The translations under genes were made by a program, and so were the position numbers. Below the pieces are notes generated by a model. That model worked only from the letters and a program-made list of their open reading frames with translations. It did not search any database and was not told the origin of the DNA. From Aquifex aeolicus VF5 (GTDB taxonomy: Bacteria > Aquificota > Aquificia > Aquificales > Aquificaceae), in assembly GCF_000008625.1 (NCBI RefSeq), contig NC_000918.1, positions 600,001 to 632,000 on the forward strand: a DNA stretch of 32,000 bases, given 5' to 3'. Shown piece after piece: positions 8,086 to 17,976 of the stretch (its first letter is position 1; the number at the start of each line of letters is the position of its first letter).

Positions 8086-9968
8086 ATGAGACGCCCGCCC
8101 TTCAGGGCGTCCCTCACCGCCTTTTCTATACCTTCAGCGTCTATACCGACGAGGTTTCTGAGTATGTCCTGCTTTCCGTGTTCTATGAACCTGTCCGGCA
8201 CACCTAAGTTTATTACCCTCTTCATTATTCCTTCCCTTGCGAAAAACTCCAGAACTCCGCTTCCAAAGCCTCCAACTACCGTATTGTCTTCAACGGTTAT
8301 GAATGTGTCGTACCTATTTGCGAGGTCTCTGAGCATTTTCTCGTCCATCGGCTTTACGAACCTCGCGTTGACTACACCTACCCTTATCCCTTCCTTGTAG
8401 AGTTTTTCCGCGGCTCTAAGGGCTTGGTATACGGGGTATCCCACCGCAAGTATAACGCAGTCCTCACCTTCCAGAAGCTCCTCCCAAGTTCCTATTTCTA
8501 TCTTTTTAAAACCTTCGGTAGGAACTCCGTAAGCCGCACCCCTCGGATACCTCAGGGCGAAAGGCTTTCCGCTGTATATACCAGTGTAAAGGAGGTCCCT
8601 GAGCTCCTGTTCATCTTTTGGAGCGCAAACTACCATATTGGGAACGCATCTCAGGTAAGAGAGGTCAAAAACTCCGTGGTGGGTGGGACCGTCGTCTCCG
8701 ACAAGTCCCGCCCTGTCTATTGCGAAGGTAACGGGCAGGTTCTGGAGTGCTACGTCGTGGATTACCTGGTCGTAAGCCCTCTGGAGGAAAGTGGAGTAGT
8801 ATGCTGCGACTGGTCTTAGTCCTTCTGCGGCGAGTCCTGCAGCAAAGGTGCAAGCGTGCTGTTCAGCAATTCCTACGTCAAAGAACCTGTCAGGGAACCT
8901 CTTTGCGAACTCAACGAGTCCCGAACCTTCCCTCATGGCGGGAGTAATTGCCACGATTTTCTCGTCCCTTTCAGCCAGTTCCACGAGTGCCTTTCCAAAG
9001 ACCGAGGTCCAGGTGGGAGGAGAGCTTTTTTTAATGATTTCTCCGGACTCAACCTTGTAGGGCGCAACTCCGTGCCACTTTACGGGATTTTCCTCCGCAG
9101 GCTTGTAGCCCTTTCCCTTCTTCGTGTAAACGTGGAGAAGGACGGGTCCCTTTATATCTTTCACGTTGTTTAATGTATCCTCAAGGGCCTTTATGTCGTG
9201 TCCGTCTATGGGACCTATGTAATTAAAACCGAGTTCCTCGAAAATAACTCCGGGTGATATTAGACCCTTGAGGAACTCCTCCGTGAGCTTCATTATCCTG
9301 AGAGGAGTCTCCCCGAAGTGCTGTAAGAAATTCTTAATCTTTTGTCTCGTTTCTTGAACGAAATGCCCGCTTATTATCCTGTTCAGGTATGTGGATATCG
9401 CTCCTACATTCGGAGATATAGACATCTCGTTGTCGTTCAGTATCACGATAAACCTGTCCGGTCTTATGTGTCCCGCGTTGTTTAGAGCCTCGTAAGCCAT
9501 ACCCGCCGTGAGTGCACCGTCCCCTATTACCGCTATAACGTAATCCTCTTTTTCTCCTTTCAGGTCCTTTCCTATCCTGAAGCCCAGGGCTGCAGAAATA
9601 GAGGTAGAGCTGTGTCCTGCTCCGAAGGCGTCGTATATGCTCTCCTCTCTTCTCAAAAATCCCGAAATGCCCTTATACTGTCTCAAAGTAGGGAATTGCT
9701 CTTTTCTGTCTGTGAGTATCTTCCATGGGTATCCCTGGTGTCCTATGTCCCAGACTATTACGTCCTCAGGCGGGTTGAAAACCCTCAGGAGTGCTATCGT
9801 TAATTCAACAACACCAAGGCTCGGACCTACATGTCCTCCGTTCTTTGAAGTTACATTTATGATGTAATCCCTTACCTCTTGAGCGAGCTTCTGGAGCGTT
9901 TCATAATCGTAATTCTTTATATCAAAAGGCCCTTTATAGTCCTTCAAGATCTCGTACTTCTCAAGCAT
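8082..9968 (-). CDS. dxs: 1-deoxy-D-xylulose-5-phosphate synthase
   Basis: 628 aa; [39 protein letters not shown].., [28 protein letters not shown]. Confidence 0.96.
8090..8111. other. GC-rich inverted repeat just past the HARP stop codon, possible 3' hairpin
   Basis: GACGCCC-GCCCTTCA-GGGCGTC: perfect 7 bp arms (8090-8096 / 8105-8111). Alternative inner hairpin CGCCC-TTCA-GGGCG. Lies inside the 3' coding end of dxs. Confidence 0.4.
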
Positions 9969-9989
9969 AGTGAATAAGTTATTCCATCC

Positions 9990-10409
9990 TCAGAAGAACA
10001 TCAATCTGAGAAGCCATCCGAAGATAACTACGCTCAATACAAGCCCGAGTCCCACAACTCCCACAAGTACTCCTATCTTCCAGTTCAGATCCTTTTGCTT
10101 TATCCATATAAGGGGGAAGGTTGCGAGTGTATAGAGCATCAGGAGTATCCCGAGCCACTTGTGGGGGAACAGGAATATGAAGGTTACCTTTTGTTGAACG
10201 TAAGGGTTTGTGGCCTGAGAGAGTCCGGTTATCACCGCAAGAACTACAAACACAGCGGAAATTGCGTGGTTAAAGAGTCCGTGGTGCAGGAAAAATAGAA
10301 CGTGTCTCCTAAAGCCGTAGTAAACTACGTAGCTCAAGTAAGTCACAAAAATGAGTCCCACGAGGAAGTAATTTACTAGTGGGTGAAGCTTTCCCATACT
10401 TTTAATCAT
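9990..10409 (-). CDS. Small conserved integral membrane protein, four predicted TM segments with several histidines
   Basis: 139 aa (or from MGKLHPLVNYF at 10397). Hydrophobic helices; LHPLVNYFLVGLIFV, LFFLHHGLFNHAISAVFVVLAVITG, FLFPHKWLGILLMLY. 4 bp overlap with the upstream reverse gyrase gene. Confidence 0.6.
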   Translation of the reverse strand: MIKSMGKLHPLVNYFLVGLIFVTYLSYVVYYGFRRHVLFFLHHGLFNHAISAVFVVLAVITGLSQATNPYVQQKVTFIFLFPHKWLGILLMLYTLATFPLIWIKQKDLNWKIGVLVGVVGLGLVLSVVIFGWLLRLMFF

Positions 10410-13400
10410 ACATTCGCTTTTTCAAACTCGTTCACCTTTTTGTAAAGCTCGTCCAGAACCTGGAGGTAGTCTTCCTTCCCTTCTTCTACCTTATCCATTA
10501 ACTCTTCAAGTTTTCTAGTAAACTCTTCCGAGACGAAAGGCATTATCTTTTCTCTGCTTTTGAGGAATTCGTAAACCTGCTTTCCGAGCTTCGTAGGAAT
10601 TAAGAAGCCGTGTCTTTCTATAACGTAGCCCCTTTCAAGGAGTTTGGAAACTATCGTGGCGTAAGTGGATGGTCTGCCTATTCCCCTTCTCTTCATCTCT
10701 TCAACTAAGGAACCTTGAGTATATAGGTAAGCCATTGGAACGCTCTTTAGTTCTTTTTTGTCTTCCACATACACGCTCCCTTTCAGGTCCGGCTGGAGTT
10801 CTAATGGGTACACTTTGTTAAAACCTTCTTCAAGAATTTCGGTTGTGAGTATGAGTTCTTGTTCCCTGCCGAGGGCTTTTACTTTCACTTTCTTGGTTTT
10901 TACCTTAACGGGCTTCATCTGAGATGCCATGAACCTCTTGAAGATTAACTCGTAAAGAAGTAGATGTTCTCTTGTGAGGTTCTGGAGCTGTCCCGCGAGC
11001 ATCATACTCCTTAGGTCCTCAACGTCTAAAGGCTTTGTGGGTCTTATACACTCGTGAGCACCGCCCTCTCCCCAAACCCTCGGATAGAAAAGTTCCTTTC
11101 CGAGTTCCTCGCTTATCCACTCTTTCGCCACTCCTATCCCGACGTCCGAAACGCGCGTGGAGTCTGTCCTGTGGTAAGTTATAAGACCGTACTCAAAGAG
11201 TTCCTGGGCGAGTTGCATCAATTTCGGCACGGATATCCTGTAGCGGTCCGAGGCTTCTTTAAGCATGGTGTCGGTGGTAAAGGGCGGAGGTGGATTTTTC
11301 AGTTCTTCTCTTTCTTCAAGAACTTCAACGTCAATCTCTTTCAGGTTTTCGTAAAACTCCTTTGCTTCCTTTTTGTCCTGAAACTCAAAACCGAGCCTAA
11401 GCCACCTTCCGTTTTCTTTAAAGGTTATCTGAACTACATGCTTTTTCTTTCTGTAAAGTTTTTCCCTCTCTATAATCCAGCCGAGAACGGGTATCTGAAC
11501 TCTACCGCCAGAAAGCCAGTGTTTATCAAAAGCTTGCTGTACTATCCTTGAAACTTCAAAGCCAACCCACCTGTCCGCTATTCTCCTAACGAGCTGAGCC
11601 TTTACGAGGTTTTCGTTAAAGTCCCTCGGGTTTTCCACGGCGTGTTTTATAGCCTTTCTCGTCACCTCGTGAAACTCAATCCTTTCCACGTTGGGGATGT
11701 AGGGACTTAGCAGTGCTCCGAGGTCCCAGCCTATCTTTTCCCCTTCCGTGTCTGGGTCCGTTCCGATGAGCACCGTGTCCACCTCCTGAGCGAGTTCCCT
11801 CAGTCCCTTTACTATGTTCTCCTTTCCTTCTATAACTTCGTAAATGGGAACGTATTCACCGTTTTTCGCTATTACGCCGTGGAATTCCTTGTCCTTCACA
11901 AGGTCAAAAACGTGTCCGAGTGATGCCGTAATCATTATGTAAAGGTCCCCAACCATTACCTCAAGAACGTCTATGCCCCCTATCTTTCTGCCCATGGGTT
12001 TTCCGAAGAAGTTTGCTATGGTTCTGGCTTTGTTAGGGCTTTCTACCACTACCAGTACGGGCTTGACGTGCTCCTTTTGCTCCGCTTTTACCTTTCCTTC
12101 CAGGATTTCCCTTACCTTCTTCCTGTCCTCGTCTATTTCCCTTAGGACTTCTTTCAGGTCCACTTCTTCAATTTTCTTGAAGTTTATGTCCTGATTGAAC
12201 CACCTTACCTTCTTTTCTAAGTTCTTGAAAGCCCTTCTGTCGTCAACGAGAACGTGGCTCAGACCTTTCGTAAGTCCACCAGCGTACATTCTTGAAGTTC
12301 TTCCGCTCGCCTGAAGGTATCCCGTCACGTCCGCAACGACGAGTTCAAACCCTTCCTCTCCGAGTCTGAGAGTTAACTCTTCAGAGTTTTTTATCTTTTC
12401 AACGATATCTTCCCTCAGCAAGAACTCCTGAACTTCTTTTCTCAGGTTCTCAATCCTATCTTTTAAATCAGGCCTCTCCTCAACGAAGTCATCGCTCAGG
12501 AAGGAATACCTCCTTAGCCTCTGTATCCACGTGTCAACCTTCTTTACTTCACTCTTCAGTTTTTCGTCCTTGAGGATTATAGGTCTCAGAGAGAGGAGTG
12601 CCCAGAGGAGGTGGGAGACAGAGGTTTCTACTTTGAGGGGAACTCTTATTTTCGGAACGCCGTAGAAGATTGCGTACCTGACCACGTGGGGAAGGTCAAT
12701 CCCGCGAGCCAAGGGGTTTTTAAAGGAAGAGATACCTATCGCTACCTGTGCTTCTCCCTTCTCAAAGAGTTTTAGATCCTCTTCGTAGGTGACCGCCTTA
12801 ACTCCGTGGCTTTCTAAGAACTTTTTAACCTCTTCAACAGCTTCCCTTCCGTAATCAGATGAGACAAAGACGAGTCCTCCCTTTCCGAATTCTTTAACTC
12901 TCTTTAGGAGTGTTTCCTTTAAGTTTTGGGTTTCCTCGTAGGTTTCCACTATGTTTCTGAGAAGGACGCTCGGCTTTCCGACTTCAAATCCCAGTAGTTC
13001 CCTAAAAAGCTTTATCCTGTTTGAACGGGGATTTCCGGTGGCGGAAGAAACCGCAAGAACTCCCTTTTTCTTTTTGGCTATCTCCCTGAGTTCCTCGCTC
13101 CTTTTCTTTATCTCCTCCCAGTCCTCTTCACTCTTATTTGGTTTTTCTTTCAGTCTAATGAGTTCAAAAGCCTTGTGTATGTCTTCCTCGGAAAAACCGA
13201 GGAGGTAGAGAACCTTGTCTACGTTCTTTGCCGTCTTCAGGAAACTGTCCACGTCGTCTACGAAGATGAAGGAAAAGTCTTTGGGGAGTATCTCGTAATT
13301 TTTGTAAAGGAACATAGAAGTTGTGATGAGGATGTCAAAGTCTCCCTTCTGAATTCTTTCCTTTAACTCTTTTTTCTTCTTTTCCGAGAGTTTGCCCCAG

Positions 13401-13846
13401 ACTATTAATCTGTCCTCGTCAACGCCGAAGGTTTTTATCCTCTCTGATACCTGCTCAACGAGGAGTTGTGTGGGAAGTATTATGTAGGACTTTTTCCCCT
13501 GCTTTGCGAGGTAAGATGCCATGGAAAGCCCGAAAGTGGTTTTTCCCACTCCCGTGGGGGCGAGCATGGCAAAGCTCCTTCCGAGGAATACCTTCCTAGC
13601 CCATGACTTTTGCAAACTCCACGGAGAAGTCCCCAATATCTCTTTAAAGAAATCTTCCCAGTCTTTCAGCTCGGATAAGAGTTCGCAGAACTCTTTAAAG
13701 CTCCCATTCTCCAGTTTCTGACAGACTTCCTCTCTATTTACTTCTTCGGGAAGACACTTTTCACAGGGAAGACCTTTTAGCAGTCTTTCGGCGGATATCT
13801 CGCCACCGCAGTTCGGACACAGAGTATCAAAAATAGCCTTAATCAT
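10406..13846 (-). CDS. rgy: Reverse gyrase (helicase-like plus topoisomerase IA)
   Basis: 1146 aa; N-terminal zinc finger CPNCGGEISAERLLKGLPCEKC, GVGKTTFG Walker A, FVDDVD, ASGRTSRMYAGG, topo IA GDPDTEGE-like IGTDPDTEGEKIGWDL, active-site region YGLITYHRTDSTRVSDVG. Confidence 0.96.
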   Translation of the reverse strand: MIKAIFDTLCPNCGGEISAERLLKGLPCEKCLPEEVNREEVCQKLENGSFKEFCELLSELKDWEDFFKEILGTSPWSLQKSWARKVFLGRSFAMLAPTGVGKTTFGLSMASYLAKQGKKSYIILPTQLLVEQVSERIKTFGVDEDRLIVWGKLSEKKKKELKERIQKGDFDILITTSMFLYKNYEILPKDFSFIFVDDVDSFLKTAKNVDKVLYLLGFSEEDIHKAFELIRLKEKPNKSEEDWEEIKKRSEELREIAKKKKGVLAVSSATGNPRSNRIKLFRELLGFEVGKPSVLLRNIVETYEETQNLKETLLKRVKEFGKGGLVFVSSDYGREAVEEVKKFLESHGVKAVTYEEDLKLFEKGEAQVAIGISSFKNPLARGIDLPHVVRYAIFYGVPKIRVPLKVETSVSHLLWALLSLRPIILKDEKLKSEVKKVDTWIQRLRRYSFLSDDFVEERPDLKDRIENLRKEVQEFLLREDIVEKIKNSEELTLRLGEEGFELVVADVTGYLQASGRTSRMYAGGLTKGLSHVLVDDRRAFKNLEKKVRWFNQDINFKKIEEVDLKEVLREIDEDRKKVREILEGKVKAEQKEHVKPVLVVVESPNKARTIANFFGKPMGRKIGGIDVLEVMVGDLYIMITASLGHVFDLVKDKEFHGVIAKNGEYVPIYEVIEGKENIVKGLRELAQEVDTVLIGTDPDTEGEKIGWDLGALLSPYIPNVERIEFHEVTRKAIKHAVENPRDFNENLVKAQLVRRIADRWVGFEVSRIVQQAFDKHWLSGGRVQIPVLGWIIEREKLYRKKKHVVQITFKENGRWLRLGFEFQDKKEAKEFYENLKEIDVEVLEEREELKNPPPPFTTDTMLKEASDRYRISVPKLMQLAQELFEYGLITYHRTDSTRVSDVGIGVAKEWISEELGKELFYPRVWGEGGAHECIRPTKPLDVEDLRSMMLAGQLQNLTREHLLLYELIFKRFMASQMKPVKVKTKKVKVKALGREQELILTTEILEEGFNKVYPLELQPDLKGSVYVEDKKELKSVPMAYLYTQGSLVEEMKRRGIGRPSTYATIVSKLLERGYVIERHGFLIPTKLGKQVYEFLKSREKIMPFVSEEFTRKLEELMDKVEEGKEDYLQVLDELYKKVNEFEKANV

Positions 13847-13985
13847 AAGAAAGAATGATATTACGAGGCGGGGAAATCTTCTCAGGCAATTACTCTGATA
13901 CTTGTCATCTTCGGGAAAGAGGTATATCTTAATAATCGTAAGCTAAACTTAGTTTAAAAAATCAAACTCAAAGGAGGTGGGAACC

Positions 13986-14423
13986 ATGGCACTCTTTGAC
14001 GAATGGTATCAAAAAGGACACCAGATCGTCCACGAAGTTATGAAGGAGCTCGGAATTGAAGATGAGCACAAAGCCTTCAGACTTCTGAGAGCTGTTCTCC
14101 AAACCTTAAGGGATAGACTCCCCGCCAGTGAAGGAAAGGACTTTGCAGCTCAACTTCCGATGGTTTTGAAAGCAGTCTGGTGTGACGGCTGGGATCCAAC
14201 AAGAGTGCCCGACAAGAGCATAAAACACAAACAGGACTTCCTTGAAAGAGTTATGAACCATCCCGGACTCAGGAGACCTGCGGACATTGAAAGCCTTGAA
14301 GACGCAGAAAGAGTTGTAACAGCAGTATTCAGAGTTCTAAAGAGACACATTTCTTACGGAGAGATAAAGGACGTCCTGAGCGAACTCCCCGAAGACATAA
14401 GAGAAATGTTAGAAAACGCTTAA
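13986..14423 (+). CDS. DUF2267 family protein
   Basis: Start trimmed to MALFDEWYQKGHQIVHEVMKELGIEDEHKAFRLLRAVLQTLRDRLPASEGKDFAAQLPMVLKAVWCDGWDP; matches the DUF2267 pattern LRAVLxxLRDRLpxxEaxxxAAQLPmxlr. AAAGGAGGTGG SD at 13971. Confidence 0.75.
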   Translation: MALFDEWYQKGHQIVHEVMKELGIEDEHKAFRLLRAVLQTLRDRLPASEGKDFAAQLPMVLKAVWCDGWDPTRVPDKSIKHKQDFLERVMNHPGLRRPADIESLEDAERVVTAVFRVLKRHISYGEIKDVLSELPEDIREMLENA

Positions 14424-14466
14424 TTTTTCCTTTCCCCTTTCTAAATTTTTTTATTGGAGTTGGAAT

Positions 14467-15270
14467 ATGAGGGTAAGAGAGCCGGCAGTTGCAGGAACTT
14501 TTTACCCGAAGGATAAGGAAGAGCTAAATAAGTTAATGGATTTACTCTGCGGTTTCGAGCCAAAGGAAAAGATAAAACCCAAAGCCATTTTAGTTCCCCA
14601 CGCGGGCTACATATACAGCGGAAAAACCGCCTGTGAAGTTTACAAGAGGATTGAGATTCCCGAAAAGGTTGTGCTTCTTGGACCCAACCACACGGGACTT
14701 GGAAAACCGATATCCGTGTACAGCGGAGATGCATGGGAAACCCCTTACGGAGTTGTTGAGATTGACGGAGAACTGAGGGAGAAAATCTTAAAATACCCCT
14801 ACGCAAACCCTGACGAATACGCACATTTGTACGAGCACTCTCTGGAAGTCCAGCTTCCCTTCCTCCAGAGGTACGCAAGAAGGGAGTTTAAGATACTCCC
14901 CATAGTTGTAACCTTTGTGGAGTATGAAGTTGCAAAAGATTTCGGAAGGTTCTTGGGAGAAGTTCTGAAGGAAGAAGACGCCCTCATAGTTATAAGCTCG
15001 GACATGAGCCACTACGTTCCCGCCGAGGAAGCGAGAAAGAAGGACGAGATACTCATATCCGCCATGGAAAGACTAAACACCGAGGAGCTCTACTTTAAGG
15101 CTGTTCAATACAACATAACAATGTGCGGAGTTGTGCCTGCGGTTGTAGGAATAGAGTCGGCAAAAGTGCTCGGAGCAACGAAGGGAATAGTGGTTGATTA
15201 CTCAAACTCCGGAGACACGACGGGAGACTACTCTCAGGTGGTAGCTTACTTAGGAATGATTTTCCTTTAA
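14467..15270 (+). CDS. MEMO1 family protein (AmmeMemoRadiSam system protein B-like)
   Basis: 267 aa; REPAVAGTFYP, LVPHAGYIYSGKTACEVY, LGPNHTG, EHSLEVQLPFLQ, SSDMSHYVP, MCGVVPAVVGI. Confidence 0.88.
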   Translation: MRVREPAVAGTFYPKDKEELNKLMDLLCGFEPKEKIKPKAILVPHAGYIYSGKTACEVYKRIEIPEKVVLLGPNHTGLGKPISVYSGDAWETPYGVVEIDGELREKILKYPYANPDEYAHLYEHSLEVQLPFLQRYARREFKILPIVVTFVEYEVAKDFGRFLGEVLKEEDALIVISSDMSHYVPAEEARKKDEILISAMERLNTEELYFKAVQYNITMCGVVPAVVGIESAKVLGATKGIVVDYSNSGDTTGDYSQVVAYLGMIFL

Positions 15271-16164
15271 TACTTCACTCACGAGAACGCCTTCTCTGAG
15301 TCCCCAGTCGCTCACGATTAAACAATCCTTTTCAAAAATTTCTAAGGTTTTTAAGAATATGCCTATTCCCGCGAGGATTACCTTTGCCCTCCTGTCCTCA
15401 ACCTGCCTGAACCTCTTACTCCTTTCCTCCGAAGGGATTTCTTTGAAAGTATCAAACCACTTCTTTATCTGTCCGTAAGTCAAAACTTTTCCGTGAACTT
15501 TCTGTGGGTCGTAAGGGTAAACGTTATACTCAAGTGCCGCCAGAGTCGTTATAGTTCCGCCCAGTCCCACAATCGTGTCAACAGGTTTCTTTACCTTACT
15601 AAGTTCCTTCTCTAAAAATTCAAAAAATCTTTTGACTTCCTCTTCCGTTGGAGGGTCCTGCTTGAAGAAGGTCTCGGTCAAGTTCACTATACCTATGGGT
15701 AGGGAAATTACTTCCCTCACTTTATACCCCTTTCCGAAAACGTATTCCGTTGAACCACCCCCCTGGTCCACTACACAAACCTCTCCTTCGGGCTTTAAAG
15801 AGTATGCAACCGCAAGGTAGGCATATCTCCCTTCCTGTTCGGGAGTAATCACTTCAACTACGAGTCCGACTTCTCTTTTTACCCTCTCCAGAAATTCCTC
15901 TGCGTTTTTTGCCCTCCTTATTGCCTCCGTTGCTACGGCCTTTACCCGTTCTACCTTGAATTCATCAATTAACTTCTTATACTCCTTCAGCACCTGAATG
16001 GTTTCCTCTATCCTGTCCTCTTGAAGCCTTCCCGTTTCCTTTACCTTTGTCCCGAGGGAGGTAATCCTTCCCCTCTCAAGGATTATGGAGAGTTTTCCGT
16101 CTTTGATTTGGGCTATCGTTAGTCTCACGGAGTAGGAGCCTATGTCTATGGACGCCACCCTCAT
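15250..16164 (-). CDS. Exopolyphosphatase / guanosine pentaphosphatase (Ppx/GppA)
   Basis: Start trimmed to MRVASIDIGSYSVRLTIAQ; VKAVATEAIRRAKN, VVDQGGGSTEYVF, IVGLGGTITTLAAL. Confidence 0.92.
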   Translation of the reverse strand: MRVASIDIGSYSVRLTIAQIKDGKLSIILERGRITSLGTKVKETGRLQEDRIEETIQVLKEYKKLIDEFKVERVKAVATEAIRRAKNAEEFLERVKREVGLVVEVITPEQEGRYAYLAVAYSLKPEGEVCVVDQGGGSTEYVFGKGYKVREVISLPIGIVNLTETFFKQDPPTEEEVKRFFEFLEKELSKVKKPVDTIVGLGGTITTLAALEYNVYPYDPQKVHGKVLTYGQIKKWFDTFKEIPSEERSKRFRQVEDRRAKVILAGIGIFLKTLEIFEKDCLIVSDWGLREGVLVSEVLKENHS

Positions 16165-16186
16165 AATTGGTTTATTATCTAAAGAC

Positions 16187-17128
16187 ATGGGCAAGCTCGC
16201 TTACGTTTTTCCCGGACAAGGTTCCCAATACGTGGGTATGGGATACGAGTTTTACAAGCAGTTCCACGAGACCGCTGACGTGGTTCACGCGGTTGAACAC
16301 TCCCTCAGAATGTCTTTAGACGATATCGTTGACGTTATGTTCAAGGGTCCAGAAGAGAAACTGAACAAAACCGTATACACCCAACCTGCACTCTTTGCGA
16401 TTTCTCTCGGTATATACAAAGCCCTTGAGAGTATGGGATTTCCAAAGCCAGACTTTGTAGCGGGGCACTCCCTCGGAGAGTATACAGCCCTTGCTGTTGC
16501 GGGCGGGATAGACGTTCAGCTCGGGGCAAGACTCACCTATTACAGGGGAAAGTACATGCAGGAGGCTGTTCCCGAAGGAAAGGGAGCTATGGTGGCGATT
16601 CTGAAACTCCCTCCTGAAAAGGTAGAAGAAGCGTGTGAAAGGGCGAAGGACGTCGGGGTGGTTGAACCGGCAAACTACAACTCATCTACCCAAACCGTGA
16701 TATCGGGGGAAAAGCCTGCGGTTGAAAAGGCCGCCCAGATAGCAAAGGAAATGGGTGGAAGGGCAATCCCGTTGAAGGTTTCAGTTCCCTCCCACTGCTC
16801 ACTGATGAAACCCGCGGCGGACGCCTTTAGGCTTAAACTCGCTCAAGCTCCGATTCAAAATATTAAAATCCCTCTGGTTCAGAACTACACCGCAAAGGCT
16901 CACACCATGGCACACGAGATAAGGAACAACCTTTACCATCAGATATTTTCCCCGGTAAAGTGGTATCAGAGTGTTATATGGATGCACGAACAGGGAGTTG
17001 ATACCTTCGTAGAAATAGGTCCAAAGAACGTTCTCTCAAAACTCATACAGCAAACGCTCCCGAACGTGAGGGTGTTTAACGTTGAAAAACCAGAAGATGC
17101 GGAAAGCGTTTTAAAGGCGATAACATGA
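16187..17128 (+). CDS. fabD: Malonyl-CoA-ACP transacylase
   Basis: Start trimmed to MGKLAYVFPGQGSQYVGMG; VAGHSLGEYTALAVAGG, SVPSHCSLM, VEIGPKNVLSKLI. Confidence 0.95.
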   Translation: MGKLAYVFPGQGSQYVGMGYEFYKQFHETADVVHAVEHSLRMSLDDIVDVMFKGPEEKLNKTVYTQPALFAISLGIYKALESMGFPKPDFVAGHSLGEYTALAVAGGIDVQLGARLTYYRGKYMQEAVPEGKGAMVAILKLPPEKVEEACERAKDVGVVEPANYNSSTQTVISGEKPAVEKAAQIAKEMGGRAIPLKVSVPSHCSLMKPAADAFRLKLAQAPIQNIKIPLVQNYTAKAHTMAHEIRNNLYHQIFSPVKWYQSVIWMHEQGVDTFVEIGPKNVLSKLIQQTLPNVRVFNVEKPEDAESVLKAIT

Positions 17129-17976
17129 GGGCTCATCCCGAGTGCATTCCCTGTCTTATAAATCAGGGCCTGAACGCCGTAAAGAAGTTAAACCTTCCAA
17201 AAGAAAAGGAAATGGAAATAGCAACAAGGAGTTTAAAGTTCCTCTCCCAATTTGACACCTTTGACCGCTCCCCCGCTTACTACGCCTACTTCATCCAGCA
17301 AATAGTGAAGGAAATTTCAGGAGAAGAGGACCCATTTAAAGACCTTAAAAAACTTGCAAACGAGAAAGCTCAGGAACTCCTGTCTAAAGTTCTCAAAGGA
17401 ACACCCGACCTGAAGGAGGCTCTCAAGCTCTCCGCAATCGGAAACTTCATAGACTTCGCCATAAAAGGTGTGTTTGACCTTGAAAGGGAACTCCAAAAAC
17501 TACTGGACAAAGATTTCCTGATTTTTGATTACGATAAGTTTCTTGAAAGGCTTGAGAACGCCAAAAGTGTTTTCATAATAGGGGACAACGCGGGAGAGAT
17601 AGTCTTTGACAAGGTCCTCGTAAAAACCTTAAAAGGCATGGGAAAGGAGGTCGTTTACGGAGTAAAGGGAAAACCAATTCTGAACGACGCCACTCTGGAA
17701 GACGCGGAAGAAGTATCCATGACACGGCTTTGCAAGGTAATAGACAACGGCTCGGACAAGGTGGGAACGTGGCTTGAAGACTGCAAAAGGGAGTTTGTGG
17801 AAACCTTTTACAGTTCTGACATAGTTATAAGCAAGGGACAGGCTAACTTTGAGACCTTGAGCAGTGCGGACAGGGACCTTTTCTTCCTCCTCGTTGCAAA
17901 GTGTGACCCCATAGGAAGGGAAACGGGAGGGAAGAGAGGAGAGCTCATATTCAAGTACAAGCCCTCAAAGGATTAA
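17125..17976 (+). CDS. DUF89 family metal-dependent phosphatase-like protein
   Basis: 283 aa; MRAHPECIPCLINQGLNA, IGDNAGEIVFDKVLVK, LNDATLEDA, VIDNGSDKVGTWLE, VISKGQANFETL. Confidence 0.85.
   Translation: MRAHPECIPCLINQGLNAVKKLNLPKEKEMEIATRSLKFLSQFDTFDRSPAYYAYFIQQIVKEISGEEDPFKDLKKLANEKAQELLSKVLKGTPDLKEALKLSAIGNFIDFAIKGVFDLERELQKLLDKDFLIFDYDKFLERLENAKSVFIIGDNAGEIVFDKVLVKTLKGMGKEVVYGVKGKPILNDATLEDAEEVSMTRLCKVIDNGSDKVGTWLEDCKREFVETFYSSDIVISKGQANFETLSSADRDLFFLLVAKCDPIGRETGGKRGELIFKYKPSKD

Noticed and set aside
8086-9867. Many plus-strand ORFs opposite dxs (8086..8400, 8424..8819, 8665..8853, 8747..8947, 9612..9803 and others)
   Set aside because: All lie antisense to dxs, overlap each other in different frames, and have atypical composition.
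11054-13721. Plus-strand ORFs opposite reverse gyrase
   Set aside because: Shadow ORFs. The reverse gyrase frame is fully supported by motifs over its length.
14441-14878. 145 aa minus-strand ORF opposite the MEMO1-family gene
   Set aside because: Antisense to a conserved gene, and the translation is Arg/Pro/Ser-rich nonsense-like sequence.
16142-16186. fabD start at 16142 overlapping the ppx start, and ppx start at 16194
   Set aside because: The conserved N-termini are MGKLAYVFPGQG (16187) and MRVASIDIG (16164). Trimming both leaves a sensible 22 bp divergent gap.
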